DNA from: Candidatus Undinarchaeota archaeon | Lineage (GTDB): Archaea > SpSt-1190 > JASMDC01 | Direction: 5' to 3' | NCBI GenBank assembly: GCA_964519305.1 | Contig: CAZFHY010000015.1 | Span: 43,155-107,154 of the forward strand | DNA: 64,000 bases | Shown: piece after piece, positions 48,581-58,274 of the stretch | Layout of the letters: every line of letters starts with the position of its first letter | Position numbering within the stretch: position 1 is the stretch's first letter | Notes under the pieces: generated by a model | What the model was told of the DNA's origin: nothing | The model's input: only the letters and a program-made list of their open reading frames with translations | The model's database searches: none | Made by a program: the position numbers and the translations under genes

Positions 48581-49183
48581 CTACGCTCCGTAATCGCCAT
48601 CGCGCTCTTGCTTGACCTGGTCGTGCAGCTCCTTGGCGGCATCGATATCACCCTGTTCGAGGTGCGATGGGGGTCCACCGGTGGTTCCGTAGGGTCCCAG
48701 GTCTAGTGGAGTGTAGGATTGGGCGTTAGGGATTGGGATGTGGCCGTTCTGGTAGGCGACCTGATGCTCGTGGTTCTCGTTGAACTCGAAGAGCTTCCCG
48801 TTGACATGGTCCTTGTACATGCTGGCGTTGCTGCCCTGGTAGTAATAGTGACACTCGCCGCTCACGGCGACGAACTTCTTCTCGGCACCATCGTCGGATT
48901 GGTGGTAGAAGCCGGCGACCTGGACCTGCTTGCACATGCTGTAGTCACGTGCCTCGTCGGAGACGATGTCCAGGATCTGCTCGATCTCCTTGTTGTCGAG
49001 CTCGGTGACATCGATGGTGACCATCCGGCGCATGCCACTGGACATGCCCTCGTCGATCTCCCTGTCGTATCCGGACTGGGGGAACATCTCAGCGTAGAAT
49101 GGATTGAAATCCCAATTCGTGTCCTCGCCGTGACCCTTATCACCTGTGAATATACCTGCGAGCTTCCTCAGGAACTTGCCCAT
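48581..49183 (-). CDS. hypothetical protein, tandem paralogue B
   Basis: Aligns end to end with 47982-48575. Confidence 0.85.
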   Translation of the reverse strand: MGKFLRKLAGIFTGDKGHGEDTNWDFNPFYAEMFPQSGYDREIDEGMSSGMRRMVTIDVTELDNKEIEQILDIVSDEARDYSMCKQVQVAGFYHQSDDGAEKKFVAVSGECHYYYQGSNASMYKDHVNGKLFEFNENHEHQVAYQNGHIPIPNAQSYTPLDLGPYGTTGGPPSHLEQGDIDAAKELHDQVKQERDGDYGA

Positions 49184-49339
49184 CGTTTTTCACGTCCTTT
49201 CTTACGACAGGCGCGCCACGATGGTCCCCTCTTAAGCATTGCCTTGGGGATGTCCCCCCTCGCGGTCGTCACAAGAACATATAGTCCACGGCGGGTATTC
49301 ACTTGCAATGGACGATGAAGGGAGTGGCCCTTGCAGGGG

Positions 49340-49540
49340 ATGGGCCTGACGGGGGACGGCTGGCGTAACTACGCCTGGTACACGACCGCCGACCTGGCCG
49401 ACTACGCTGGACGCTGGATCGTCGTGGTCGATCGTCGGGTGGTCGGTTCGAGCGATGGCTCCGACCTGCGGGACATGCTCAGTCGGGTCCGTGACCGGTT
49501 CCCGGGGAAGGACTCACTGCTCGCGCTCGTACCTGCATGA
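49340..49540 (+). CDS. small DUF5678-like protein
   Basis: YAGRWIVVVDRRVVGS...L...R.RFPG....L..VP pattern. Confidence 0.65.
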   Translation: MGLTGDGWRNYAWYTTADLADYAGRWIVVVDRRVVGSSDGSDLRDMLSRVRDRFPGKDSLLALVPA

Positions 49541-49628
49541 TACTTACTATGTGACATACGAAATCCCAAGGCAACACTTTTAATCCGGACCAAGACCTTG
49601 CCATTCCTGTTCAATAGGTGATACACCC

Positions 49629-50066
49629 ATGTACACTGAAATCGCTTCACCTGAGGGTACGGAGGTGCTCGACTATCTGGCCGAGCACGGTATGCAGGAG
49701 TTCGCGGGCCTCGTGCACGCGACCGGCATTTCCTCCACAGAGGTAATGGAACAGCTGGACGGCCTGAACAAGGCCGGGCTACTAGAGCAGTACCCGGTGC
49801 GTGGATGCGGTGAGACCTACATGGGCCTCAAGGAAGAGGTGCTGGAGGCGCGCGAGGTGTTCGGCTACCTGGCCGAGCACGGTATGCAGGAGTTCGCGGG
49901 CGTGGCCTACGGCGCCGGTCTCGATCTCACAGAGACCATGCACCAGATGGACGTTCTCAATCGTGCGGGGCTGCTGGAACGGCACCCTGTACAGGGATGT
50001 GGCGAGGAGTACTTCTCGCTCACCGAGGACGTGCCCGAGGCAGTCGTTCATTATATGGGCAGATAG
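49629..50066 (+). CDS. tandem winged-helix-like protein (two 64-aa repeats)
   Basis: AGGTGA RBS; YLAEHGMQEFAG...LN.AGLLE..PV.GCGE twice; 33-nt exact repeat 49677-49709 vs 49869-49901. Confidence 0.75.
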   Translation: MYTEIASPEGTEVLDYLAEHGMQEFAGLVHATGISSTEVMEQLDGLNKAGLLEQYPVRGCGETYMGLKEEVLEAREVFGYLAEHGMQEFAGVAYGAGLDLTETMHQMDVLNRAGLLERHPVQGCGEEYFSLTEDVPEAVVHYMGR

Positions 50067-50107
50067 GGCCATCCCTCCGGGGAGGGCCTACTGACGGTGG
50101 ACCCGCC

Positions 50108-50389
50108 ATGCCGTGGAAGGACGTAGAACGGGAACTGAAAGGTCTTTCTAGTGAGCAGAATATCCTAACCGACATGCCCGATATCGTGTTCCAGGAACTG
50201 GCGAACGTGGGCGTACGCACGGGCCTGGATATGGACGACGCTTTCGACCTGATGGCCGAGATGGACGATGCGGGCCGCACACGTGTGTTCCCCACACCAG
50301 AGGGCATCGATCCCCGCCGTCACCCGCAGTCCCTACCACCGCCCTCCGAGCAGACCAGACGGTACATGCGCAGCGGGGAGCCCTGGTAG
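50108..50389 (+). CDS. small protein with diverged copy of the same winged-helix-like repeat
   Basis: FQELANVGVRTGLDMDDAFDLMAEMDDAG resembles MQEFAGVAYGAGLDLTETMHQMDVLNRAG. Confidence 0.55.
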   Translation: MPWKDVERELKGLSSEQNILTDMPDIVFQELANVGVRTGLDMDDAFDLMAEMDDAGRTRVFPTPEGIDPRRHPQSLPPPSEQTRRYMRSGEPW

Positions 50390-50425
50390 GTCAGACTTAT
50401 ATCGTTCGCCGCCCATCCGTTCTTC

Positions 50426-51625
50426 GTGGACCAAGGTGACGTGGACGCCTATGTCGATGCATATCTGGCCCGCAGCTATACCATCGACCAGGTCCGCCAG
50501 GGTCTTATGAACGCCGGTGTGCCGGCCGCCCAGGCCTACGCTCACCCAAAGCTCCAAGACCCCTCGGGCTCGTACTACGCCTCCTACGCTGCAGGGTACG
50601 GCGGCTATGGCGGCTACGGTCAGCAGGTCGCCGCAGAGTACAGCGATATGGTGTCCGCCCCGGCCGAGGAAGCAGCACCGCCCCCCGGCGAACCGGAAGG
50701 GAGCGGTCACGGAGCGCTCGTTCCTGTGGTGCTGGTCGTGGTCCTACTGGTGGCCGCTGGCGGCGGGTACTGGTACACACAGACAGGGGCCGTGCCCGTG
50801 GTGACACCTACTATCGAGCCCACGGTGACCGTCACGCCCGCGCCGACGACCGCTCCGACGACGACACCTGCCCCTGCTGGCACGCCGTTGCCCACTCCGA
50901 CGCCACGGCCCACTTTCGGCCCTGTGTCCGCCGACACGGTCAGCCCCACTCCCCGCGCTCCCAAGGAGTACTGCGATTACACTGAAATGGCCGTGATCAC
51001 CATGGCCCATGATGAGATGGGTGTTCCTTCCGAACCAGCTCCGGGCGAGGAGGCCGTGGCCCAGCTCTATGCCCAGGGTAGAGTGCAGAAGTTCTACATG
51101 CAGAGCGGTGTGGTCAACCAGTACGTGGTGGACGGGAAGGACAGCAGTCAGGGGGGAGCAGCGCTCGCCGGGCTCGTGTTCGTGGAGGCGTGCGGGGCGA
51201 CGACACTTGCCTTCTACGACACCATGACAGGGGGCAGCAGCGACGTGATGGCCCCGGAGTTCAACACGGACGACCGGTGGTTCGAGCATAAGGGGTTCAC
51301 TGCCGAGGATGTGACCTGGACACGGTGCCGGTTGGGAGTGGTCGGTGACTCGGCGTACGTAGTGTGGGAGACCCGGCGCCACGTTCCCTCGCTCAAGGAG
51401 GGGGGCTCCGACCGTCTCGAGGTGCGGTTCGATGAGCTCTGGCGCGACACGGGATTCGTCAAGAGGACCATCACAATGGACGGTCCCGCAGGAACTACCG
51501 TGGACATAGCGACATCGATAGATGACCTCGTGACCTCGCCTCCCCAGGGTGCCTCGGTGGCCGTCAGGGAGTTCGGTTACCTGTTCGACAACGGCGACCG
51601 GCTGGGACGGGTCGAGACGCGGTAG
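50426..51625 (+). CDS. single-pass membrane protein with Pro/Thr linker
   Basis: N-terminal YTIDQVRQGLMNAG helix-turn, YGGYGGYG low-complexity tract, TM LVPVVLVVVLLVAAGGGYWY, PT-rich linker. Confidence 0.75.
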   Translation: MDQGDVDAYVDAYLARSYTIDQVRQGLMNAGVPAAQAYAHPKLQDPSGSYYASYAAGYGGYGGYGQQVAAEYSDMVSAPAEEAAPPPGEPEGSGHGALVPVVLVVVLLVAAGGGYWYTQTGAVPVVTPTIEPTVTVTPAPTTAPTTTPAPAGTPLPTPTPRPTFGPVSADTVSPTPRAPKEYCDYTEMAVITMAHDEMGVPSEPAPGEEAVAQLYAQGRVQKFYMQSGVVNQYVVDGKDSSQGGAALAGLVFVEACGATTLAFYDTMTGGSSDVMAPEFNTDDRWFEHKGFTAEDVTWTRCRLGVVGDSAYVVWETRRHVPSLKEGGSDRLEVRFDELWRDTGFVKRTITMDGPAGTTVDIATSIDDLVTSPPQGASVAVREFGYLFDNGDRLGRVETR

Positions 51626-51715
51626 CGCTGGACCATCGTGACGCTTGGTGACACCCGCTACCGGCATTTTTTTAAGCATGGCCTCGCTGGCCGGGTCCGT
51701 ACGAAGGGATGAGAT

Positions 51716-52903
51716 ATGGCACATGTCCAGCTGCATGAGTGGCATGCTAAGCGAGCGAAGTTGGGACCGTTCTGTGGCTACGAGATGCCCCTGTGGTACG
51801 ACGGTGCTATCAAGGAGCACATGGCCGTGCGGGAGGCCGCCGGTGTGTTCGACATATCCCATATGGGTGAGCTCGTGCTGACCGGCCCCCAGGCGCTTCC
51901 TTTCGTTAACATGCTGGTCACCAGCGACATCGCCCGGATGCCCGTGGACCGTGCCAAGTACACCTGCGTGTGCAACGAGCGTGGCGGGCTCAAGGATGAT
52001 ATTGTCGCGTACCGCACCGGCGAGGAGGACGTGCTCCTCCTGGTCAACGCCGTGAACAAGGACAAGATCGACGCGTGGATCCGGGCGTTGCTGGCCACCG
52101 CCGAGTCACTGGGCGCCGATGTGCCGGAATACTGTGACGCCACTGCCGAGCACGCGCTGTTCGCCATCCAGGGCCCGCGCGCGCTGGACATCGCCGACGA
52201 CCTTGGGCTCACCGTCCCGGACAAGATGTTCGCCATCACCCGTGGCGAGGTCAACGGCGTCGAACTGATCGTCAGCCATACCGGGTACACCGGCGAGGAC
52301 GGGTTCGAGCTGATCGTGCCCTCCACCACACCCTACCATCCGGACCCAGAAATGCGGGGCACCGGAGCTGAGGCCATGGCCGTATGGGACGGTGTGTGGG
52401 CTTCCGGAGAGCCCGTGGGCATGGCGCCCATCGGTCTGTTCGCCCGGGACACCCTTCGCCTGGAGGCCGGGTTCATCCTGTACGGTAACGAGGCCTGGGA
52501 GAAACAGGTGCCTTCGGCGACGGTGGACGATATAACACCCCTAGAGTGCGGGCTCGGGTTCCTGGTGTCGCCCAAGAAGGAGCGGTACATCGGCCGTGAC
52601 GCACTGCACGAACGGGCCAAAGCCATTGAACGCACTCTTGTCAACCTCCGGCTCATCGACCGCGGTATCCCCCGCCCCCACTGTCGGGTGTTCTCAGATG
52701 ACACCGACGTGGGCGAGGTCACAAGCGGCACCATGTCGCCGCTCATCAAGCAGGGTATCGCCCTGGCACTTGTCCACCCGGACCACGCCAAGGAGGGCGG
52801 CCGGCTCGAGGTGGACGTGCGCGGAAAACGGCTTGCTGCCGAGATCGTGCCCAAGCCGTTCTATGACCCGTCCCGGTACGGGCGCACGAGGGAGAAGCAG
52901 TGA
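51716..52903 (+). CDS. gcvT: glycine cleavage system aminomethyltransferase
   Basis: GYEMPLWY, EHMAVREAAGVFDISHMG, TGYTGEDGFE, RDTLRLEAG, GEVTSGTMSP. Confidence 0.97.
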   Translation: MAHVQLHEWHAKRAKLGPFCGYEMPLWYDGAIKEHMAVREAAGVFDISHMGELVLTGPQALPFVNMLVTSDIARMPVDRAKYTCVCNERGGLKDDIVAYRTGEEDVLLLVNAVNKDKIDAWIRALLATAESLGADVPEYCDATAEHALFAIQGPRALDIADDLGLTVPDKMFAITRGEVNGVELIVSHTGYTGEDGFELIVPSTTPYHPDPEMRGTGAEAMAVWDGVWASGEPVGMAPIGLFARDTLRLEAGFILYGNEAWEKQVPSATVDDITPLECGLGFLVSPKKERYIGRDALHERAKAIERTLVNLRLIDRGIPRPHCRVFSDDTDVGEVTSGTMSPLIKQGIALALVHPDHAKEGGRLEVDVRGKRLAAEIVPKPFYDPSRYGRTREKQ

Positions 52904-53637
52904 GCCGCGAGGCAGAGCTGCACGTACGGTTGCTCCGGCATACCCCCGAGCCCGAGCGCGCTGTTGCGACGGCTGCCCGGCTGTGCTACTCGCCGGCCGG
53001 TGTCGAGGAGATCGACCAGCGCATGGACGACGCACAGGTCGAGAAGCTCGTCGGCAAGTTGGTGGACCTGGGGCACGAGTCACCCTTCGAGCATGCCAGC
53101 TTCACCTTCGGGGTGGAGGGCGTGTCGCGGGCGCTCACCCACCAGCTGGTGCGTCACCGCCTCGCATCCTACTCACAGCAGTCACAGCGGTACGTGGACG
53201 CGTCGGGCGACCACGGGTTCCGGTACATAGTACCTCAATCGGTCCGCGACGACGCACAGGCGTACAAGCGGTTCACATGGGTGATGGAGCGGCTGGCCGA
53301 CACCTATGGCAGGCTGGGCGCCGACCTGCCGCGGGAGGACGCGCGCTACGTCCTGCCCAACGCCGCCGAGACCAAGATAGTCATGACCATGAACGCCCGT
53401 GAACTGTGGCACTTCCTCGAGGTACGATGCTGCGAGAGGGCCCAGTGGGAGATCCGGGCCATGGCCACCGAGATGCTACGCATCCTCGTAGGGCGGTTCC
53501 CGCTGCTGTTCGCGCATGCGGGACCCGGGTGCGTGCGGGGGCCGTGCACCGAGGGGACCATGTCCTGCGGTAAGGCGAAAGAGGTCAAGGAAAGGTTCAC
53601 GCGGATGCGCGAGGAAGCGGCGTCAGGGGATGATTAG
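52900..53637 (+). CDS. thyX: FAD-dependent thymidylate synthase
   Basis: GHESPFEH, SRALTHQLVRHRLASYSQQSQRY, EDARYVLP, MNAREL, AQWEIR. Confidence 0.97.
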   Translation: MSREAELHVRLLRHTPEPERAVATAARLCYSPAGVEEIDQRMDDAQVEKLVGKLVDLGHESPFEHASFTFGVEGVSRALTHQLVRHRLASYSQQSQRYVDASGDHGFRYIVPQSVRDDAQAYKRFTWVMERLADTYGRLGADLPREDARYVLPNAAETKIVMTMNARELWHFLEVRCCERAQWEIRAMATEMLRILVGRFPLLFAHAGPGCVRGPCTEGTMSCGKAKEVKERFTRMREEAASGDD

Positions 53638-53852
53638 GGGCGGCCTTCAGGAGATCTGTGCGGCCCTTCAGTTTCTAATCTACAGACACTGGTGCCCCTC
53701 GGTCACCAGAATAGTCTGATCTACATGTTCCTGTCTGCTAGGACCCGGCCACCTTACGTTCTCCTGACGTTCCCCTGCCACCTGCTCCCACGGCCCTGCC
53801 CAAACCCCTTTAAAGCTAGCTTCGCTGTCCCCGGCCACAAGGTGCGACGACC

Positions 53853-55109
53853 ATGACGCTCACGTACATACCCAAGGTTGACCCTGAGGCCGCGAACATC
53901 CTCAGGAACGAGGCGGAACGCCAGAGCTCGGTGATCAATCTGATCGCCAGCGAGAACTACGCCTCCGTTGCCGTGAACGAAGCCCAGGGCTCGATCATGA
54001 CCAACAAGTACGCCGAGGGCTACCCTGGACGCAGGTACTACGGTGGGTGCCAGCACTACGACGAGATGGAGCAGCTGGCAATCGACCGGGCAAAAGCGCT
54101 CTTCGGCGCTGAGCACGCCAACGTCCAGCCCCACTGCGGCTCCGCTGCAAACATGGGCGTGTACTTCGCTGTGCTCCAGCCCGGCGACACGATCATGAGC
54201 ATGGAGCTCTCCCACGGCGGCCACCTCTCTCACGGCTCGCCGGTGAGCTTCTCTGGTAAGCTGTACAACATAGTCCCCTACCGCGTCAACAAAAAGACCC
54301 ACATGCTCGAGCACGACGACCTGATGAAGGTGGCCAAGAAGAGCAAGCCCAAGCTCATCATGTGCGGTGCCAGTGCCTACCCCCGGACCATCGATTTCAA
54401 GATGTTCCGCGAGGTCGCCGACGCCGTGGGCGCCTACCTTGTGGCGGACATCGCACACATCGCAGGCCTGGTCGCCAGCCGGGAACACCCCAATCCCGTG
54501 CCCCACTGCCACTTCGTCACCACCACCACACACAAGACCCTGCGCGGTCCCCGGGGCGGTCTCATCCTCAGCACTGAGGAGCTTGCCAAACCGCTGGACC
54601 GGGCCGTGTTCCCTGGGATGCAGGGCGGGCCGCTGATGCACGCCATCGCTGCCAAGGCCGTGTGCTTCCACCTATGCCTGCAGCAGGATTTCAAGGACTA
54701 CAACCGCCAGATAGTCTCCAACGCCAAGCGCTTGGCCCAGGTGCTCCAGGAGCACGGGTTCACGCTCATCACCGGCGGCACCGACAACCACCTCATGCTG
54801 GTGGACCTCAACGCTCAGGACATCACCGGTAAGGACTGCGAGAAGCTGCTCCAGGACGGGAACATAATCCTCAACCGCAGCACAATCCCCAACGAGACCC
54901 GCAGCCCCATCGTCACCAGTGGTGTGCGGATCGGTACACCGCCGGTCACTACCCGCGGTATGAAGGAGCCGGAGATGGCCCAGATCGCCGACCTCATCGC
55001 CGATGCTCTCATCGGGAAAAAGCCCATCGGCGACGTGAAGAAAAAGGTCGTCGAGCTGTGCCAGAGGTTCCCGGTGTTCGCTGGCGACGTGGGCGGCGAG
55101 CAGTACTAG
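53853..55109 (+). CDS. glyA: serine hydroxymethyltransferase (bacterial-like)
   Basis: [56 protein letters not shown]. Confidence 0.98.
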   Translation: MTLTYIPKVDPEAANILRNEAERQSSVINLIASENYASVAVNEAQGSIMTNKYAEGYPGRRYYGGCQHYDEMEQLAIDRAKALFGAEHANVQPHCGSAANMGVYFAVLQPGDTIMSMELSHGGHLSHGSPVSFSGKLYNIVPYRVNKKTHMLEHDDLMKVAKKSKPKLIMCGASAYPRTIDFKMFREVADAVGAYLVADIAHIAGLVASREHPNPVPHCHFVTTTTHKTLRGPRGGLILSTEELAKPLDRAVFPGMQGGPLMHAIAAKAVCFHLCLQQDFKDYNRQIVSNAKRLAQVLQEHGFTLITGGTDNHLMLVDLNAQDITGKDCEKLLQDGNIILNRSTIPNETRSPIVTSGVRIGTPPVTTRGMKEPEMAQIADLIADALIGKKPIGDVKKKVVELCQRFPVFAGDVGGEQY

Positions 55110-55166
55110 GGCCTTCACCGTCGTGGAAACCCATAAATAACTCGTAGCCTCAGGACTCGACCGGGC

Positions 55167-56003
55167 ATGTCCGACGACACCGACCAGTCAAAGCAGGTGA
55201 AGCTCACCGAGGCCTTCGAGGCGGCGACCCCCCGACCTACTGGTCACATGGAACTGTTCGGCATCCGCACCCGGCTCATAGTCCCAGGCGACGACCTGCC
55301 CCGACTGCTGGTCGCTGCGTTCAAGGACGCACGCATCCGGCCCAAGGACGGCGACGTGCTGGTGTTGGCCGAATCTGCCGTGGCCACTGCTGAACGACGG
55401 ATCTTCGAGCTGGAGACCGTGGAGCCGTCGGACGAGGCCCGCAAGATGTCCGCTGAATGGGGGTTGCCCGTGGAACAGGCCCATCTCGTACTACAGGAGG
55501 CCGACCGGGTGCTCGGTGCCTGTGACGGTGTGGTGCTCGCCCTCAAGGACGGGGTACTGCTGGCCAACGCCGGTCTGGACATATCCAATGCACCGCCCGG
55601 GTACGCAGTGGGGCTGCCCAAGGACCCCAACGCCTCAGCGCGCGATGTCCGCATGGCGCTGCTCACGGCCTTCGCCGCCAACGTCGGCGTTATAATCGCA
55701 GACTCGCGGGTGCTCCCTCTGCGTCTGGGATGCGTGGGTGTGGCCCTTGGTACCAGCGGGTTCGAGGCCGTGGAGGACGACCGCGGCAAGACCGACCTTT
55801 TCGGCCGGGCGCTGAGCATGACCCGCGTGGCGCAGGCCGACAACATAGCCTCTGCGGCCGAGCTGCTCATGGGCGAGACCGACCGGCAGGTGCCGGCGGT
55901 ACTGGTGCGCGGCGCTCCCGTCACCATGTCCGAGCGCGAGGGCGTACCGCTCGTGCGCGAGGACCAGTGCGTGTACATGGGCGTGCTGGGTCGTGGGAAT
56001 TAA
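55167..56003 (+). CDS. cofE: CofE-family gamma-glutamyl ligase
   Basis: PGDDL, DVLVLAE, ANAGLDISN, LPKDP..SA, VIIADSR..PLR.G, DLFGR, ADNIASAAELLMGE. Confidence 0.85.
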   Translation: MSDDTDQSKQVKLTEAFEAATPRPTGHMELFGIRTRLIVPGDDLPRLLVAAFKDARIRPKDGDVLVLAESAVATAERRIFELETVEPSDEARKMSAEWGLPVEQAHLVLQEADRVLGACDGVVLALKDGVLLANAGLDISNAPPGYAVGLPKDPNASARDVRMALLTAFAANVGVIIADSRVLPLRLGCVGVALGTSGFEAVEDDRGKTDLFGRALSMTRVAQADNIASAAELLMGETDRQVPAVLVRGAPVTMSEREGVPLVREDQCVYMGVLGRGN

Positions 56004-56078
56004 TATCGCTGGTCCCGGCACGCGCCCGACCACACCCTTATAATCCTGACCGACCTATCATCACACGGGGGAACGACC

Positions 56079-57491
56079 ATGACCACCATCACATTCCACG
56101 GCGGCGTCGACGAGATTGGCGGTAACAAGGTGCTAGTCCGGGACGGCGACCATGCCATCCTGCTCGACTTCGGGATGAGCTTCGGCCAGCTCGGCAAGTA
56201 TTACGAGGAGTTCCTCTCGCCCCGGACCGTCAACGGTATGGGCGACTTCCTGGAGATGGGGCTCCTGCCCGACCTGCAGGGCATCTACCGCGCCGACCTG
56301 CTCCGCCTGCTGGGGCGTCAGAGCATGGAGGACCGGACCGTGGACGCGTGCTTCATCAGCCATGCCCACGCCGACCATCTCAACTACGTCTCGTTCCTCC
56401 GCCCCGACATCGCCGTGCACATGGGCGAGACCGCCAAGCTCCTGGTCGACGGCATCACCGAGGGCAGGGGCCGGGCCATCGACTTCGAGGTGCTCGATTT
56501 CAAGGAGCGGCCCATAAACCGCAAGGAGCCGCCGGTCCCCCGCGATATCCGGACCTTTAGGACCGGTGACACCGTGAAGGTGGGCGACATGGAGATAGTC
56601 CCGATACACGTGGACCACTCCGTCCCCGGCGCCTACGGGTTCATCATCCGCACCTCCGAGGGGACCATAGTGTACACGGGCGACGTCCGTCTCCACGGCT
56701 CCAACCCAGGTATGACCGAGGAGTTCATTACCCGTGCCGTCGAGGCCGAACCTGACGCGCTCATCTCTGAGGGCACACGTATCGACAGCGACAGCACGGC
56801 CAGCGAGGCATCTGTGTCAAACACCGTAAGCGACCAGATGGCGTCAGCTGGCGGGAAGGTCGTGTTCACCGAGTTCAACTTCAAGGACGTGGACCGACTG
56901 CGGACGTTCTCGGAGATGGCCCGCGACAACGGCAGGAAGCTCGTCATCGGGTACAAGGAGGCTTGCATCCTCAAGCGCTACGCTGCGGACCCCGGGCTCA
57001 AGAACGTACCGTCGCTCGACGACGATCACATCCTGCTCTTCCAGCCACGGAAGAAGACCGGTACCTACGATGAGAAGGATTACGGGGTGGCGGAAAGGCC
57101 CTACTACCAGCGCGATAACGTGCTCAACGCCGACCAGATCCACGACCGGCAGAACGAACTGATCGTGTTCGTGAACATGTGGAACTTCGGCAACCTAATC
57201 GACATGCGACCGAACAAGGGCAGCCTCTACGTCCACTCGCTCTCCGATCCGTTCAACGACGAGATGCGGATATCCAACGCACGCAAGGACGCCTGGCTCG
57301 ACCACTTCGGGCTGAAACGCGTCAACGCGCACTGCTCAGGTCACGCGTCCGGACCGGAGCTGCGTGAGCTGATCAACAGGATAGCGCCAGATCGTCTGTT
57401 CCCTGTCCACACCGAGCATCCGGAACTGTTCAAGGGGCTGGAAACGAACGAGGTGGTGCGGGTGAAGGCGGCGAAAGAGTACACGCTCTGA
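56079..57491 (+). CDS. beta-CASP metallo-beta-lactamase-fold nuclease (RNase J-like)
   Basis: GGVDEIGGN, LDFG, SHAHADH, DHSVPGA, YTGD, SEGT, HCSGH, PVHTE. Confidence 0.9.
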   Translation: MTTITFHGGVDEIGGNKVLVRDGDHAILLDFGMSFGQLGKYYEEFLSPRTVNGMGDFLEMGLLPDLQGIYRADLLRLLGRQSMEDRTVDACFISHAHADHLNYVSFLRPDIAVHMGETAKLLVDGITEGRGRAIDFEVLDFKERPINRKEPPVPRDIRTFRTGDTVKVGDMEIVPIHVDHSVPGAYGFIIRTSEGTIVYTGDVRLHGSNPGMTEEFITRAVEAEPDALISEGTRIDSDSTASEASVSNTVSDQMASAGGKVVFTEFNFKDVDRLRTFSEMARDNGRKLVIGYKEACILKRYAADPGLKNVPSLDDDHILLFQPRKKTGTYDEKDYGVAERPYYQRDNVLNADQIHDRQNELIVFVNMWNFGNLIDMRPNKGSLYVHSLSDPFNDEMRISNARKDAWLDHFGLKRVNAHCSGHASGPELRELINRIAPDRLFPVHTEHPELFKGLETNEVVRVKAAKEYTL

Positions 57492-58103
57492 TCACTTTAC
57501 GGCCGGCGGGTCCCAGAAAAGCGCCGCCACCATAGCTTCGAACAGCCAGAAGGCCCTGCTCTCCTCCATGCCCGCCGCACGGAACGCCGCTACCAGCTCC
57601 CGGTAGTACCAGGCGACATCGTCCCGCGGCGCGTTGAACCGGTCCCAGAACCGCCTGTGGTCCTCCATGGCGGACCTGTCGATGTGCATGTCACGGGCGT
57701 TGGCCAGCTTGTCGGCGAGCAGCACCATCAGCAGGTCCCGGTCGGACGTGCGCCTGATCAGGTCGACCGTGTGCCGCTTGCGCTCCTGCCACGTCTCACG
57801 CTGCTGCTCCCGGCCGGCCTCGGGCGTGTTCTGCGGTTCGGTTGCCCCCTCCACCAGCACACGAACGCGGTAGCCGAAGTCACGTTCGAGCTCCTCGCGC
57901 GTGTACGACGTCTCCTCAAGCACATCGTGGAGTATGCCCGCCACCAGCACGTGCTCGGGCAGATGGCCGTCGGACTCCTTGAGCAGGATGGACAGCACGT
58001 CCAGGGGATGGACAGCGTAGGGGACGTTGGTGCCCTTACGGGTCTGCCCACGGTGCAGCTCGAAGGCCGCCTGGAGAGCGAGGGTGATGGTGGCACCTGC
58101 CAT
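57492..58103 (-). CDS. HD-domain hydrolase, SpoT/Mesh1-like
   Basis: HRGQTRKG..VPYAVHP, ILHDVLEET, LADKLAN, WDRFNA. Confidence 0.85.
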   Translation of the reverse strand: MAGATITLALQAAFELHRGQTRKGTNVPYAVHPLDVLSILLKESDGHLPEHVLVAGILHDVLEETSYTREELERDFGYRVRVLVEGATEPQNTPEAGREQQRETWQERKRHTVDLIRRTSDRDLLMVLLADKLANARDMHIDRSAMEDHRRFWDRFNAPRDDVAWYYRELVAAFRAAGMEESRAFWLFEAMVAALFWDPPAVK

Positions 58104-58274
58104 GGGGCAGGTGAAGAGGGCGTGCTTTAAATCCGTTGGTATGAAGCAGGCCCGGCCACGTGTGACGGGCGAATATAGCGTGGCGGGGGGAAGGAGGTAT
58201 TAATTCCAGGTGCCACACTATGTTCTATTGACTATTAGTCGTCAGACGTATAAGAATCCTTCCTTGTAGAGCGT

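Noticed and set aside
47982-49183. Arf-like GTPases, suggested by the MG-amphipathic N-termini
   Set aside because: No P-loop, DxxG or NKxD motifs
53638-53852. Known riboswitch (ZTP, THF, glycine) upstream of glyA
   Set aside because: Conserved cores not found, and the likely glyA TATA box lies downstream of the structured segment
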